Positions 16,993-27,232 are shown, counted from the first letter of the stretch. The stretch is 64,000 nt of DNA from an uncultured Gammaproteobacteria bacterium (GCA_964422025.1 CAYQYZ010000003.1:4280-68279), one strand, 5' to 3'. The notes: generated by a model from the letters alone, not told the origin. Numbers and translations: made by a program.

Positions 16993-17598
16993 ATGAGTGA
17001 CTTGGGGAATGAAACATTAGGAGCAGCTCCCCAAACCGAGGCTTTTACTCCGACATGGGCACCAGAAGTAATTCCTTTTGTTGAAAGACCTGCGCAACAA
17101 GGTGCAATAACTCGGTATTTCAGAAAAGATGGTCAAGAAGTATATCAACCCAGTGAAAATGATATGCGATTGCCAGACTATATAAAAGTAGCGACTAATA
17201 AAATAGAACCAGGTGATGCGCAGTATGAGGAATATGCAAGAGAGCAGAGAGTTGCTCAGAGTTGGGTTACCACATCCAAGGCTAATAGCCGCGAAGAGAA
17301 TCGAAGGAGAAATGATTTTTTTTATGATGACGAGGGAAGGCTTGTATGTGTACGCGTCGTAAATGAAACAACTCTTCCAATAAGTGAATTTAGTCCATCA
17401 ACTGGTCCTACGATTCTTGATGAACCAGTTGAGTTTGAGCTTTTTACGTATAACGAAGATGGATCAGAAGTTGCAGGTGCAACCGTGAGAAACAAAGGTC
17501 AGCCAGTAAATTACGGGCGTTACAGATATTCCGACGAAGGAAGTGTTGCTCAAGCTTTTTTACCACCGCAAGCGGGTAGATTTTCCCTAACGTATTAG
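16993..17598 (+). CDS. hypothetical protein
   Basis: 201-aa ORF with no recognisable motif. Confidence 0.5.
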   Translation: MSDLGNETLGAAPQTEAFTPTWAPEVIPFVERPAQQGAITRYFRKDGQEVYQPSENDMRLPDYIKVATNKIEPGDAQYEEYAREQRVAQSWVTTSKANSREENRRRNDFFYDDEGRLVCVRVVNETTLPISEFSPSTGPTILDEPVEFELFTYNEDGSEVAGATVRNKGQPVNYGRYRYSDEGSVAQAFLPPQAGRFSLTY

Positions 17599-17616
17599 TA
17601 CTGCTATAATGTAGGT

Positions 17617-19257
17617 ATGAAAAAACTCCTATTGTCCGCTCTTCTTACTTTATCATTTTGCATAGGTGCACCTTCTGTACATGCAGAAATAATCGATTCA
17701 TTTGATACAAACATTGTTGCTCATAAAAATGGAGACCTTACGATTACTGAAAAAATTTCATATGATTTTGAAGAAAATATTCGCCATGGTATTTTTCGAA
17801 CAATCCCTCTTTATACCTCGGTTGGAGATAAGTTTCGTATAATTACCATCGACTCAGTCTCGGTTCTTAGAGATTCTCAACCAGAACCGTTTTCAATTTC
17901 GTCAAATGCAAAAACATTTACAATTAAAATAGGAGACGCTAATAAAACCATAACAGGACCTCATACATACGTTCTTTCATATTCTGTTTCAAATGGCATT
18001 GGAAGTAATTTTGCCGATCACGACGAAATTTATTGGAATACGACGGGTAACGAATGGACAGTTCCGATTGCACGAGCACAGGCAACAGTAACTAACGACT
18101 TTGGCGCTGTTACGATTGATGAACTATGTTTTACCGGCAATTATGCTAGTACCGCTCGTGAATGCACTGCACAAGATTCAGTTTTTACAACATGGGGTTT
18201 TTTGAATCCAGGTCAGGGAATGAGTATTGTTGCATCATATCCACGCTCTACGTTTCCAACAAGTGTATTAACAAATGCCGCACCGCAAGAAGCGTCAGAA
18301 AAATTCATTCGCACGTTTTGGTCAGTGTATAAAAATATACTTGTGGTTTTAAATCTCATAGTTGCACCTATTTTATTATTGTGGTTTTTTGTTAAAAAAA
18401 GTAAAAAGAATACCGGTCCGGCAACCGTACGTTTTGATTTACCGACTGATTCTGAAGGAAAAATTGTAAGTCCGGCAATAAGCGGTGTAATTGAACGTGG
18501 CGGTTTTACCAACGTACATTTTGTTGCGACTTTGTTTAGTTTGGCTATTAGAAAATATATTCATTTGCGTGAAGAAAAAGTGGTTAAGAAATTCATGCCC
18601 GACATACAAGAACAATACATTTCTAAATTAAAAGATGCTGATAAACACGTAACTGAATTTGAAAAAATTATTATGGATGCACTGTTTAAAACGAGCAATG
18701 AAGTGGCTGTGTCGTCACTTAAAAGTTCATTCCCCAAAATTATAAAAGATGTACGAAGTAGTGTACAAAAAACAGTAGTAACTCAAAAATATTTCGTATC
18801 GAATTTTCATTATTACCCTGTGTATTTTGTACTCGCAATAGTTTTCTTACTACTAACGGGCAATATTGTACTAGGTGTACTTTTTTCATATTTTGCAGGA
18901 GTACTAAAAGGACGAACAAAATCGGGCGATGACATTGTAAAACAAATAGAAGGTCTTAAAATATTTCTTGCCACGCGTGATACAAATTACACATGGCAAG
19001 CGCGAAAATTTTATGTCGTTGAAGCGATGATACCGTACGCAATTGCATTTGGCATGATCGAAAAATTTATGGAACAATTAAAAAGTATTCGACCCGATTA
19101 TCATCCAACTTGGTACAGTGGAAGCAGTCCTTTTTATCGCAGTTATACTGGTTTTTATACGGGTGTAAGTTCCAATTTGGTAACATCTACTTCATCGGGA
19201 AGGTCGGGCGGATTTTCCGGTGGAGGAGGCGGAGGTGGAGGCGGCGGTAGTTGGTGA
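17617..19257 (+). CDS. DUF2207-like membrane protein with poly-Gly C-terminus
   Basis: Signal peptide, extracellular N-domain, TM helices and a C-terminal tail GGFSGGGGGGGGGGSW. A perfect extended -10 TGcTATAAT (17602-17610) lies 6 nt before the ATG. Confidence 0.7.
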   Translation: MKKLLLSALLTLSFCIGAPSVHAEIIDSFDTNIVAHKNGDLTITEKISYDFEENIRHGIFRTIPLYTSVGDKFRIITIDSVSVLRDSQPEPFSISSNAKTFTIKIGDANKTITGPHTYVLSYSVSNGIGSNFADHDEIYWNTTGNEWTVPIARAQATVTNDFGAVTIDELCFTGNYASTARECTAQDSVFTTWGFLNPGQGMSIVASYPRSTFPTSVLTNAAPQEASEKFIRTFWSVYKNILVVLNLIVAPILLLWFFVKKSKKNTGPATVRFDLPTDSEGKIVSPAISGVIERGGFTNVHFVATLFSLAIRKYIHLREEKVVKKFMPDIQEQYISKLKDADKHVTEFEKIIMDALFKTSNEVAVSSLKSSFPKIIKDVRSSVQKTVVTQKYFVSNFHYYPVYFVLAIVFLLLTGNIVLGVLFSYFAGVLKGRTKSGDDIVKQIEGLKIFLATRDTNYTWQARKFYVVEAMIPYAIAFGMIEKFMEQLKSIRPDYHPTWYSGSSPFYRSYTGFYTGVSSNLVTSTSSGRSGGFSGGGGGGGGGGSW

Positions 19258-19280
19258 CCCTAAAACTATTTGAAAGCATG

Positions 19281-19829
19281 CTATTTTGGAATGCTTTTGT
19301 ACCAGTTTGCAAATTCTTTCCAAAATTCGTTATCCGGAAATGGATTCAATTTGTTTTCCAAATATTCTGCTACTGACTTGCCGTCTGGTGTCATAGAAAC
19401 AACACGCATAGCAGCAAATCCATTGCCTTGAATTGAATTGATAAAGTACCCTTCATAAGTAGCGACAAATGTTTTGCTATGTATCCCATCTGTGTAACAC
19501 AAAGCTACTGTTTTAATAATTCGTTTGTCAGCATGATCTTTCATTAGATTCAAAAAGTCGGTTGGAGTTAACCAATCATTCATGTATTTCATGTATGGAC
19601 CGGGAAAGCCATGTAAGGCAGGAATCAACCATCCTTCATCATTTACAAATAAAGGAGTACGAAGCATTTCAAAAGCTTGTTTTGCTTTATGTTGTGCTAT
19701 TTCTTCAGTTGATGTTGATTGGATTTCAACCATATCCACTGCTTTTGCTTCAAAAGAAATTCCATAATCCTTCAGACGACTTTTTGCAATAAATATTTTG
19801 TCACTGTTTGAGGTTATATAGAGGAGCAT
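19281..19829 (-). CDS. non-canonical purine NTP pyrophosphatase (ITPA/HAM1 family)
   Basis: Contains ITSNSDK, VEIQ and NDEGWLIPALHGFPGPYMKYM. The start is refined to ATG 19829, preceded by TATACT (19836-19841, minus strand) and a 6-nt spacer. Confidence 0.7.
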   Translation of the reverse strand: MLLYITSNSDKIFIAKSRLKDYGISFEAKAVDMVEIQSTSTEEIAQHKAKQAFEMLRTPLFVNDEGWLIPALHGFPGPYMKYMNDWLTPTDFLNLMKDHADKRIIKTVALCYTDGIHSKTFVATYEGYFINSIQGNGFAAMRVVSMTPDGKSVAEYLENKLNPFPDNEFWKEFANWYKSIPK

Positions 19830-19939
19830 GTAGTTAGTATACAATAATGGAGGGGTAAGGAGGGGGTGGCGGCGGAAGTTGGTAAAGATGCTTTTTTCTC
19901 CTTGCAAAAAATATACAACCTGGTATTATAAACTCTAAT

Positions 19940-20329
19940 ATGCACGACCATCATCACGACCACGGTACCTTAATGCAAAATGTTGCCGCAGAATATGCCG
20001 ACATCTTTGAAAACTCTGATCAAGGAATTTATGTATTTCTCGATGATGAAAACAAAGTGTGTAACAAGAAATTTGCAACAATGCTCGGATACGAATCGCC
20101 AGAAGCATGGACGAAAGTAGAAGAATCGTTCCCAATGGCATTTGTCGCACCTGAAAGTCACAAAACACTTATTGGCGCGTATCAAGATGCCATGGATAAA
20201 GTAGAGGGTTCAGTAAATTCAATTACCTGGAAGAAAAAAGACGGAAGTACAACGAGCAGCAGCGTCATCCTTGTCCCAATCGTATACGAAAATCATCTCC
20301 TTGCCCTGCATTTTGTAACGGGGAATTGA
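19940..20329 (+). CDS. PAS-domain-like small protein with His-rich N-terminus
   Basis: Starts MHDHHHDHG, followed by a PAS-like segment (IFENSDQGIYVFLDDENKVCNKKFATMLGY). Confidence 0.4.
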   Translation: MHDHHHDHGTLMQNVAAEYADIFENSDQGIYVFLDDENKVCNKKFATMLGYESPEAWTKVEESFPMAFVAPESHKTLIGAYQDAMDKVEGSVNSITWKKKDGSTTSSSVILVPIVYENHLLALHFVTGN

Positions 20330-20334
20330 GTCTT

Positions 20335-20508
20335 TCAGAAACTGCTTCTCACTATTTGATACGCAATATAAATCCCTACGATTCCCCCAACCGTATTTCC
20401 AACAAGTGACCATATTGAAAGAAATGATGCCCCAAAAAATGTAGGAATATATCCGCCGATAAGTGATCCAATAGTTAGCCCAACCAAAACCCAAAATTTA
20501 GGCGTCAT
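20335..20508 (-). CDS. small two-TM membrane protein (GlsB/YeaQ/YmgE-like)
   Basis: 57 aa, Gly-rich and hydrophobic. ATG 20508 is preceded by TACACT and a 6-nt spacer. Confidence 0.4.
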   Translation of the reverse strand: MTPKFWVLVGLTIGSLIGGYIPTFFGASFLSIWSLVGNTVGGIVGIYIAYQIVRSSF

Positions 20509-20590
20509 ATAACTAGTGTACACTATTTGTACTTCTTTACTCTTGCCTTCAAAACCTGTATAGTTACATCGTTATATATCCCACATAATT

Positions 20591-21211
20591 ATGAAAAAAT
20601 TTGATGAATTAGCTAATGACGAATCACTTACAAAAACAGTTGCGAATTTGAAAGCGCATAACATCGACTCAGTTGTTGTCGAAAATGGAAAGGAAGCCCA
20701 GGAAAAGATTCTTACCCTTATTCCCAATGGAGCTTCAATAATGAACGGTTCATCGCGAACACTTGAACAAATCGGATTTATTGAACTTTTGAAATCGAAT
20801 GAGCATCAGTGGAATAATCATCACGGTCAGATTGTCGCAGAAACTGATCCGGCAAAACAAGCCCAACTTCGACAACAAGCGCTTCTGTCAGATTACTACC
20901 TGGGAAGCGTGCATGCGGTTACTGAAGAAGGGGAATTTGTTGTTGCTTCAAATACCGGAAGCCAATTACCGCATATTGCGTATTCTTCAGCTAATTTAGT
21001 ACTGGTTGTCGGTACTCAAAAAATCGTGGCGAACATTGCCGAAGCCTTCAAGCGTATTGATGAATATGTCATTCCTTTGGAAGATGAGAATATGCAACAA
21101 AAATATGGCATGGGAACACAACTTAATAAGATGCTTATTTTCAAAGGCGAAAATCCAATGTTCGGTCGAAAAGTAACTATGATATTTGTTAAAGAAGTGC
21201 TAGGATTTTAA
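20591..21211 (+). CDS. LUD domain (YkgG/LutC-like) protein
   Basis: 206 aa with the overall LUD/DUF162 pattern (GSSRTLEQIG ... VVGTQKIV). Confidence 0.55.
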   Translation: MKKFDELANDESLTKTVANLKAHNIDSVVVENGKEAQEKILTLIPNGASIMNGSSRTLEQIGFIELLKSNEHQWNNHHGQIVAETDPAKQAQLRQQALLSDYYLGSVHAVTEEGEFVVASNTGSQLPHIAYSSANLVLVVGTQKIVANIAEAFKRIDEYVIPLEDENMQQKYGMGTQLNKMLIFKGENPMFGRKVTMIFVKEVLGF

Positions 21212-21254
21212 TATTACACGTTGGAAATTCAGCACAACCTAATGGGAATGTACT

Positions 21255-21716
21255 ATGGATCATGTACTTAATAAAACTTACTTACATCAATTTTTACAAC
21301 AAAATTTACTTGGTGTTTTGTCGACCGTAACGAGCGATAATATTCCCGATGCTGCCCCTATTTATTTTATTCCACATGCATCATTTGAAATATACTTCAT
21401 CACAGCCGCTTCATCACAAAAAGTAAAAAACATTAATCATGCAAATGATGTGGTGCTAACAATTATGAATAAGGATCTAACAGAAACCGTACGAGTTTGT
21501 GGAAAAGCCGAAATTACGGATAACGATGCAACAAAATCGTTGGGAGAATTAGCACGATCATTGCAATATAAGGAAAACTTTTTAGAAGCGCTACCTGTTT
21601 TAAAATATAAAGATCAAAAAAAACTTGTTATTAAAATTGTTCCAACTGAAATACGAATTCGCCAATATACTGAATATTCTTTTGCAGAAAAAAAATTTGA
21701 TTTTACTTCTCAATAG
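21255..21716 (+). CDS. pyridoxamine 5'-phosphate oxidase-like FMN-binding family protein
   Basis: 153 aa. N-terminal LLGVLSTVTSDNIPDAAPIYF is typical of the split-barrel family. Confidence 0.5.
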   Translation: MDHVLNKTYLHQFLQQNLLGVLSTVTSDNIPDAAPIYFIPHASFEIYFITAASSQKVKNINHANDVVLTIMNKDLTETVRVCGKAEITDNDATKSLGELARSLQYKENFLEALPVLKYKDQKKLVIKIVPTEIRIRQYTEYSFAEKKFDFTSQ

Positions 21717-21739
21717 CCAATTGGAAATCTGTAAAAAAA

Positions 21740-23320
21740 TTAATCCCCATTTTCCATGTCAAATACTTCATCTATTCGAATTTGCTCTACAAATTCTGGT
21801 ACGTGAGAAACCATAATCATCATTCCTTTATATTCACTTAGTGCTTGTGCAATTACCGGTAAGTGTCGGAAATTTATATGATTTGTTGGTTCATCAAGAA
21901 TAAGAAGCCCCGGTTTTAACAGAACAAGCCGTGCAAATGAAACGAGACCTTTTTGACCTTCGGATAACATGCCGATTTTAGAATGAATGTGTTGGGAAGT
22001 GATTAAAAATCCAGAAGCGACCGATCTGATTTCTTGTTCAAGAATTTTTCCGTCAGCCGCAACCATAGCCTTAGTAAATGTGGCGTAAACCGTATCATTA
22101 AAATCAAGTGATGAAAAGTCTTGAGCGTATGAACCAACACGAACACCCGAGCTCATTTGCACATCGTCTGCGGTGCCATCAACAAGCGATCTAATAAAAC
22201 TGCTTTTGCCAATACCATTTGGCCCTTTAATAAGTACATGTTTTCCCTTTTCCAAAAAAATACTTTTCTTTTTGGTAATAACTTGATGATCCTGCATTAC
22301 TTTAATTGAAGAAATTCGTAATTCTTCATTTACTAAATCTTCTTGAGAAATAATAGTAAACGGTCGTATTGTTTTATCTTCGCGGCGAATATCGACTTTA
22401 GCTTCTTCCATTTCTTCTGCTTTATTTCTCATTTTTTTTGCCACAAGTCGCATTCGTCCCCCTTTATTTGCAAAAAAGTTTGCGCTATCCTTATTTTCTT
22501 GAATCACCCGTTCCATTTGAGCATTCTGCCTTCGGTCACGTTCAAGGCGAAGTTGAATTTGTTCGAGCACATCATTATAGTCTCCGGCATACTGCTCAAC
22601 TTTTTTTGTAAAGTTATCTAAATACAAAACACCTTCGGTAAATGCATTCAAAAATTGCGCATCGTGTGAAATGACAATAACACTTTTTTCGTAATAAATA
22701 AGAAATTCTGTTAAATGGTCAATTCCCGTATGATCAAGATTGTTAGTAGGCTCGTCAAGAAGTAGTAAATCAGGATCTTGAATAAGCGCGGCTGCCAAAA
22801 GTAACCGAGCTTGCTGGCCTCCGGAAAACTGACGAATGGTTTTATCAGTAGGTGCAATTAGATTGACTACTCCAAGTACGTCGCTAATTTTTTTTAACAA
22901 CTCATGTTTTTGTACATTGGGTACATATTGTGAAAAGAAGTCTTGAACCGAAAGATCCATATTTGCCGGGTCCATAACTTGATGAGCAGTCGCTACAACA
23001 AGTCGTTTGTCGAGTGAGATTGAGCCGGAAGTAGGTTGTAATTTGCCAACAAGTAGTTTGAATAAAGTGCTTTTTCCTGCGCCATTTTGTCCCATGAGCG
23101 CAATTTTCATACCTTTGCGCACAGAAAAGCTAGCCTCGTCAATAATGGTCTTATCGTGTCCGAAGTCAAAACAAACTTGTGTGAATCTAATAATAGTTTC
23201 CAGAGCTTCTATTTTACCATATTTTGTGCGTAGCTCCAAGGGGGTCGTGTACTGGTATACTCTATATATGAAAGAAACTTTTGCAATTATCGCTTCGATA
23301 ATGGCCATATTTGGCAACAT
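21740..23320 (-). CDS. ABC-F family ATPase (two ABC cassettes)
   Basis: Two Walker A motifs (GQNGAGKST, GPNGIGKSS), two signature motifs (FSGGQQ, LSEGQK) and an inter-domain linker. The start is uncertain. The maximal ORF overlaps the divergent gene at 23268, and an internal TTG at 23239 is an alternative. Confidence 0.85.
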   Translation of the reverse strand: MLPNMAIIEAIIAKVSFIYRVYQYTTPLELRTKYGKIEALETIIRFTQVCFDFGHDKTIIDEASFSVRKGMKIALMGQNGAGKSTLFKLLVGKLQPTSGSISLDKRLVVATAHQVMDPANMDLSVQDFFSQYVPNVQKHELLKKISDVLGVVNLIAPTDKTIRQFSGGQQARLLLAAALIQDPDLLLLDEPTNNLDHTGIDHLTEFLIYYEKSVIVISHDAQFLNAFTEGVLYLDNFTKKVEQYAGDYNDVLEQIQLRLERDRRQNAQMERVIQENKDSANFFANKGGRMRLVAKKMRNKAEEMEEAKVDIRREDKTIRPFTIISQEDLVNEELRISSIKVMQDHQVITKKKSIFLEKGKHVLIKGPNGIGKSSFIRSLVDGTADDVQMSSGVRVGSYAQDFSSLDFNDTVYATFTKAMVAADGKILEQEIRSVASGFLITSQHIHSKIGMLSEGQKGLVSFARLVLLKPGLLILDEPTNHINFRHLPVIAQALSEYKGMMIMVSHVPEFVEQIRIDEVFDMENGD

Positions 23321-23849
23321 ATCGTATTTACGCGATGTGTTGTCGAAGCGGATAAAGCCTCATCCGTATACGTGGCTCGTGTGGACAATTGTATCGGGCG
23401 TAACATTTTTCGGACAATTAGCAAAAGGAGCAGGGATCGGGGCACTACCTACTGGGGTAGCTGAATCATTTACAGTAATAATTTTTTTGTTTTCGTTGCA
23501 ATATGGATTTAAATATATAACAAGAACCGATACATATTTTCTAATTGCTGCACTTGCTGGCCTTATTCCGTGGGCTATTTATAAAGACCCAACAATATCG
23601 GTTATTATTGTTGTTGCAATTGATCTGATCGCATTTATTCCAACGCTTCGTAAAACAGAGAAACATCCAACTTCTGAAGCGCCAATGTTGTATACAATGA
23701 ATGTAGGAAGACACGTCTTAACACTCATGTCTTTGCAAGCGTACAATGTGGCGACCGTTCTTCATTCAATCGCTATGATTATTACTAATACCTTTATGGC
23801 GTTTTTGATAGTTAGGAAGAAAAGTTTCCCCCTTGCCCCTCGCAAATAA
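23268..23849 (+). CDS. hypothetical integral membrane protein (about 6 TM)
   Basis: The start is refined to ATG 23268, preceded by the extended -10 TGgTATACT (23253-23261) and a 6-nt spacer. The upstream part of the track ORF is antisense to the ABC-F gene. Confidence 0.6.
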   Translation: MKETFAIIASIMAIFGNISYLRDVLSKRIKPHPYTWLVWTIVSGVTFFGQLAKGAGIGALPTGVAESFTVIIFLFSLQYGFKYITRTDTYFLIAALAGLIPWAIYKDPTISVIIVVAIDLIAFIPTLRKTEKHPTSEAPMLYTMNVGRHVLTLMSLQAYNVATVLHSIAMIITNTFMAFLIVRKKSFPLAPRK

Positions 23850-23871
23850 TCGGAGTATAATCCCACCAAGT

Positions 23872-25029
23872 ATGAATTATAGAATCATCCGTTCTTTACT
23901 ACTGATCGCCCTTTTTTCAGTATTTTTTACCACAATTTCCTCACCAGTTTTGGCAGCGCAACCTTTGAATAAATGTTTTAAGGTGTTATGGTTTACCATC
24001 TGTGTTCCTATTCCTCCTAAGCCTACATTTCCTAATTCGTTCCCATTTCCTACAAGAATTCTAACCCCATCGCCAACGGTTAATCCGACCATGATTCCAA
24101 CTCCTACGGTTACTCCTTCGCCTACTGTTACTCCAAGCCCAACACCAACACCAACGCCGTTACGCATTGGAGCCAAGTTAAACGACTACGTTCAACCATC
24201 AGGTTCTGACTGTGATGTTAACGTTCCATTAAATTATGCGACTATTCAAGCAGGGGTAAATGCTGCTGCTTCAGGAGATACCGTATGTGTTGATGAAGGA
24301 ATATATAACGAAAACATATATATTAGCAAGGCAATTCAGCTTTCTGGAAGTGGCTCGAGCAAGTCTATTATAAATGGGCAGGGAGCAAATTATTTAGGGT
24401 ATGGTGTGTCAACAATTGTAATTCCTGACAGTTCAGAAAATAACATTACCATTGAAGGATTCAAAGTACATGGTGCTGGAACAGGATCCCGTGACTCTAC
24501 TGTTTTGCTATTGGGAGGATCGTCTGGAGCAAAAATACAATATAATCATATCGTTTCAGGAATGAATGGTTATGCGTTCAAAGTAGAATGGATACGAAAT
24601 AATGACATTTATGAAAATAATATTTTTGAAGGAAACGATTCAAATCAAATAGCAACATTCAATCACAATGGTCCTCCAGAGAATGTTCAAATTTCCAACA
24701 ACACCTTTACGGGAACAGTTACCTCACATAGTGCTATAAGCGACAGCGGAGTGGTCCTTTCGTTCGGAGGTAAAAATAGTGTTATTAGTCAAAATGCTTT
24801 TAATACTAACGGTACAGTATTGTATTTAATGGGGATTGCATTCACTCCAAACACAGTTTCAGAAAACAATTTTAATAGTCCTACCGATAGAAAACTCTAT
24901 CTTTCAGGAGGTAATGCAGTCCCTTTGAATGCAGAAAATAACTGGTGGGGAGACACAGATCCATCAGACAATGTGACCGGGGATGTTGATTTTACTCCAT
25001 TTGCAACGGTGCCATATCTTGAAAACTAA
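23872..25029 (+). CDS. secreted right-handed parallel beta-helix repeat protein with Pro/Thr linker
   Basis: Signal peptide MNYRIIRSLLLIALFSVFF...LAA, a PTPTVTPSPTVTPSPTPTPTP linker, then NosD/pectate-lyase-like repeats. Confidence 0.6.
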   Translation: MNYRIIRSLLLIALFSVFFTTISSPVLAAQPLNKCFKVLWFTICVPIPPKPTFPNSFPFPTRILTPSPTVNPTMIPTPTVTPSPTVTPSPTPTPTPLRIGAKLNDYVQPSGSDCDVNVPLNYATIQAGVNAAASGDTVCVDEGIYNENIYISKAIQLSGSGSSKSIINGQGANYLGYGVSTIVIPDSSENNITIEGFKVHGAGTGSRDSTVLLLGGSSGAKIQYNHIVSGMNGYAFKVEWIRNNDIYENNIFEGNDSNQIATFNHNGPPENVQISNNTFTGTVTSHSAISDSGVVLSFGGKNSVISQNAFNTNGTVLYLMGIAFTPNTVSENNFNSPTDRKLYLSGGNAVPLNAENNWWGDTDPSDNVTGDVDFTPFATVPYLEN

Positions 25030-25055
25030 TTTATTTTTTTCGGTAGTGTAAATAA

Positions 25056-25607
25056 ATGAAAACTACATATATTCTTCACGGAGGATTTACTCCAAATACT
25101 GTACAAATTAACGATCTGTTCTTTGCGGAAATATCGATGAGGTCGCCAGAGAATCCCACCATACTCATGGTCTACTTTGCTACTGACAATGGTGATAAAT
25201 ATTTTGCAGAAGATAGCGAGCAGTTTATTAAAAACAGCCACGGACAAAAATTGACTTTAATAAAAGCAACAGAGGAAGATTTTGAAAATCAACTAATCAA
25301 TGCGGATGTAGTTTATTTACGCGGTGGCCGTTCAGAAAAATTGTTAGAAGCTTTAAAAAGATTCCCTAACTTTTCACAACTTGTTAAGGGTAAAGTTGTG
25401 GTAGGCGACTCGGCTGGTGCTAAAGTACTTTGTAAGACCTTCCATACTTCAAGCCACGAGTGCGTTTCAGGATTAGGCTTGCTTCCTAATACGCTAATTT
25501 GTCATTACGAAGATTCTGATAAAGAAACTCTCAAAGACCTTGAGTCGGAGCAAGATGCTATTTATTTACGTGAATACGAGTATAAAGTTATATCATTAGA
25601 AGAATAA
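25056..25607 (+). CDS. peptidase S51 (dipeptidase E-like) family protein
   Basis: Contains VVYLRGGRSEKLL and the nucleophile context VVVGDSAGAKVL. Confidence 0.6.
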   Translation: MKTTYILHGGFTPNTVQINDLFFAEISMRSPENPTILMVYFATDNGDKYFAEDSEQFIKNSHGQKLTLIKATEEDFENQLINADVVYLRGGRSEKLLEALKRFPNFSQLVKGKVVVGDSAGAKVLCKTFHTSSHECVSGLGLLPNTLICHYEDSDKETLKDLESEQDAIYLREYEYKVISLEE

Positions 25608-25613
25608 AAGTAT

Positions 25614-25949
25614 ATGCAATTTCTCATTATCGGCAAAGATGGAACAGATGAAAATGCACCAAAGCGGCGGCTTGATGCTCGGCAAGCCCATATGGAGCTT
25701 GGAGAGAAACTCAGGCAATCCGGGAACATGTGGTACGGAGCAGCTCTGTGGGACGACAACAATGAAATGTGTGGATCTGCGCTGCTGATGGATTTTCCAA
25801 GTGAAAAAGAACTGCATGAATGGCTTAATAGCGAACCCTATAAAACTCAAGGAGTTTGGCAGTCAATAGAGATTCTTAAATGCAATGTTCGCGACCCGTG
25901 GCAATTTAATAGGGACAAAGAGTTTTTTGATAAAAAAAAGTCACTATAA
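25614..25949 (+). CDS. YciI family protein
   Basis: 111 aa. Starts MQFLIIGKDG, with ...RQAHME... and ...EPY... further on. Confidence 0.6.
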   Translation: MQFLIIGKDGTDENAPKRRLDARQAHMELGEKLRQSGNMWYGAALWDDNNEMCGSALLMDFPSEKELHEWLNSEPYKTQGVWQSIEILKCNVRDPWQFNRDKEFFDKKKSL

Positions 25950-25981
25950 TTTCTCCAACACATAATGCATAATATAAGCAT

Positions 25982-26464
25982 ATGAAAAAATCCACAATGT
26001 TTGTTGGGGTTGGTGTTTTATTAATTGTAGTTGCGCTTCTTTTAATGAAAGGGCAGTCGCCATCGGAAATGCCGGCACAAGAGAGTGCAACGGAAACAGA
26101 AAGCACTACTCAAGAAATGACTAATGATGACACAACTACTCAATCGCGCTACGTAACATACACTCCTGATCTTTTAGAGTCTACTTCCTCTACACGAAGA
26201 GTGCTATTTTTTTATGCATCGTGGTGCCCAACCTGTATTCCGGCTGACGCCGATTTGCAGGCAAACAGCGCACAAATTCCTGCCGATGTAACTGTAATTC
26301 GAGTAAATTATAACGACCCCGACACAGATGCTACCGAAAAAGAATTAGCTAAGAAATATGGAGTAACGTATCAACATACCTTTGTTCAAATTGACTCATC
26401 AGGAAACAGTGTTGTTACATGGAATGGTGGAAAGACTGACGAGTTACTCGCAAAAATAAAATAA
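25982..26464 (+). CDS. membrane-anchored thioredoxin-like protein
   Basis: N-terminal TM helix and active site FFYASWCPTC. Adjacent to ccdA. Confidence 0.75.
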   Translation: MKKSTMFVGVGVLLIVVALLLMKGQSPSEMPAQESATETESTTQEMTNDDTTTQSRYVTYTPDLLESTSSTRRVLFFYASWCPTCIPADADLQANSAQIPADVTVIRVNYNDPDTDATEKELAKKYGVTYQHTFVQIDSSGNSVVTWNGGKTDELLAKIK

Positions 26465-26466
26465 TA

Positions 26467-27228
26467 ATGATTTTGTTAATGCTATTCTCTTTTCTCGCAG
26501 GAATTATTACGGTTTTGTCACCGTGTATTTTGCCAATATTACCCATCATATTGTCATCGGGACTTGCAGGACAACATACAAGCAAAGCTCGACCGCTAGG
26601 CGTTGTCCTTGGATTCATTGCAAGCTTCACATTTTTTACGCTTTTTTTATCGACTATTGTGCGGCTCAGTGGAATTTCGTCAGATTCTCTGCGACTAGTA
26701 TCTGTTTTCGTTATAGGATTGTTTGGAGTATCGCTTCTAATTCCAAAATTTCAAGTATTGCTTGAGCGCTTATTTTCTACTCTTTCACGCTTTGTACCGT
26801 CAACACAAAATAAAACGGGTTTTGGTGGCGGATTATTTATTGGTTTTTCAATTGGATTATTGTGGACGCCATGTGTTGGTCCAATTCTTGCATCCGTTAT
26901 ATCACTTGCAATTGCCGGGTCAGTTACGTTTGATGCATTTTTTATAACGCTTGCATATTCACTAGGAACTGCAATTCCCATGTTTATTATTATGATTGGC
27001 GGACAAAAAGTATTGCGCCGAGTGCCATGGCTTTTGACCCATTTGCAAAGTATTCAAAAACTATTTGGTGTTTTTATGATTCTTACGGCAGTTGGAATAT
27101 ACTTTGGTATCGACAAAGTGTTTCAAGTATATATTCTTGAAACATTTCCTGAATATGGAATTGGACTTATTCAATTTGAAGAAAATAGTACGATTAAAAA
27201 ACTTCTAGAACAGAGAATGGTACAATAG
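26467..27228 (+). CDS. ccdA: cytochrome c biogenesis protein CcdA / DsbD-family thiol-disulfide transporter
   Basis: Six TM segments, with conserved Cys motifs LSPCILP and WTPCVGP. Confidence 0.8.
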   Translation: MILLMLFSFLAGIITVLSPCILPILPIILSSGLAGQHTSKARPLGVVLGFIASFTFFTLFLSTIVRLSGISSDSLRLVSVFVIGLFGVSLLIPKFQVLLERLFSTLSRFVPSTQNKTGFGGGLFIGFSIGLLWTPCVGPILASVISLAIAGSVTFDAFFITLAYSLGTAIPMFIIMIGGQKVLRRVPWLLTHLQSIQKLFGVFMILTAVGIYFGIDKVFQVYILETFPEYGIGLIQFEENSTIKKLLEQRMVQ

Positions 27229-27232
27229 GTTC

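Noticed and set aside
24060-24175. Nucleotide-level repeats suggestive of a variable region
   Set aside because: They encode a simple Pro/Thr linker (PTPTVTPSPTVTPSPTPTPTP) inside the beta-helix protein. This is ordinary low-complexity coding sequence. I recognised no reverse transcriptase or template repeat that would indicate a DGR.
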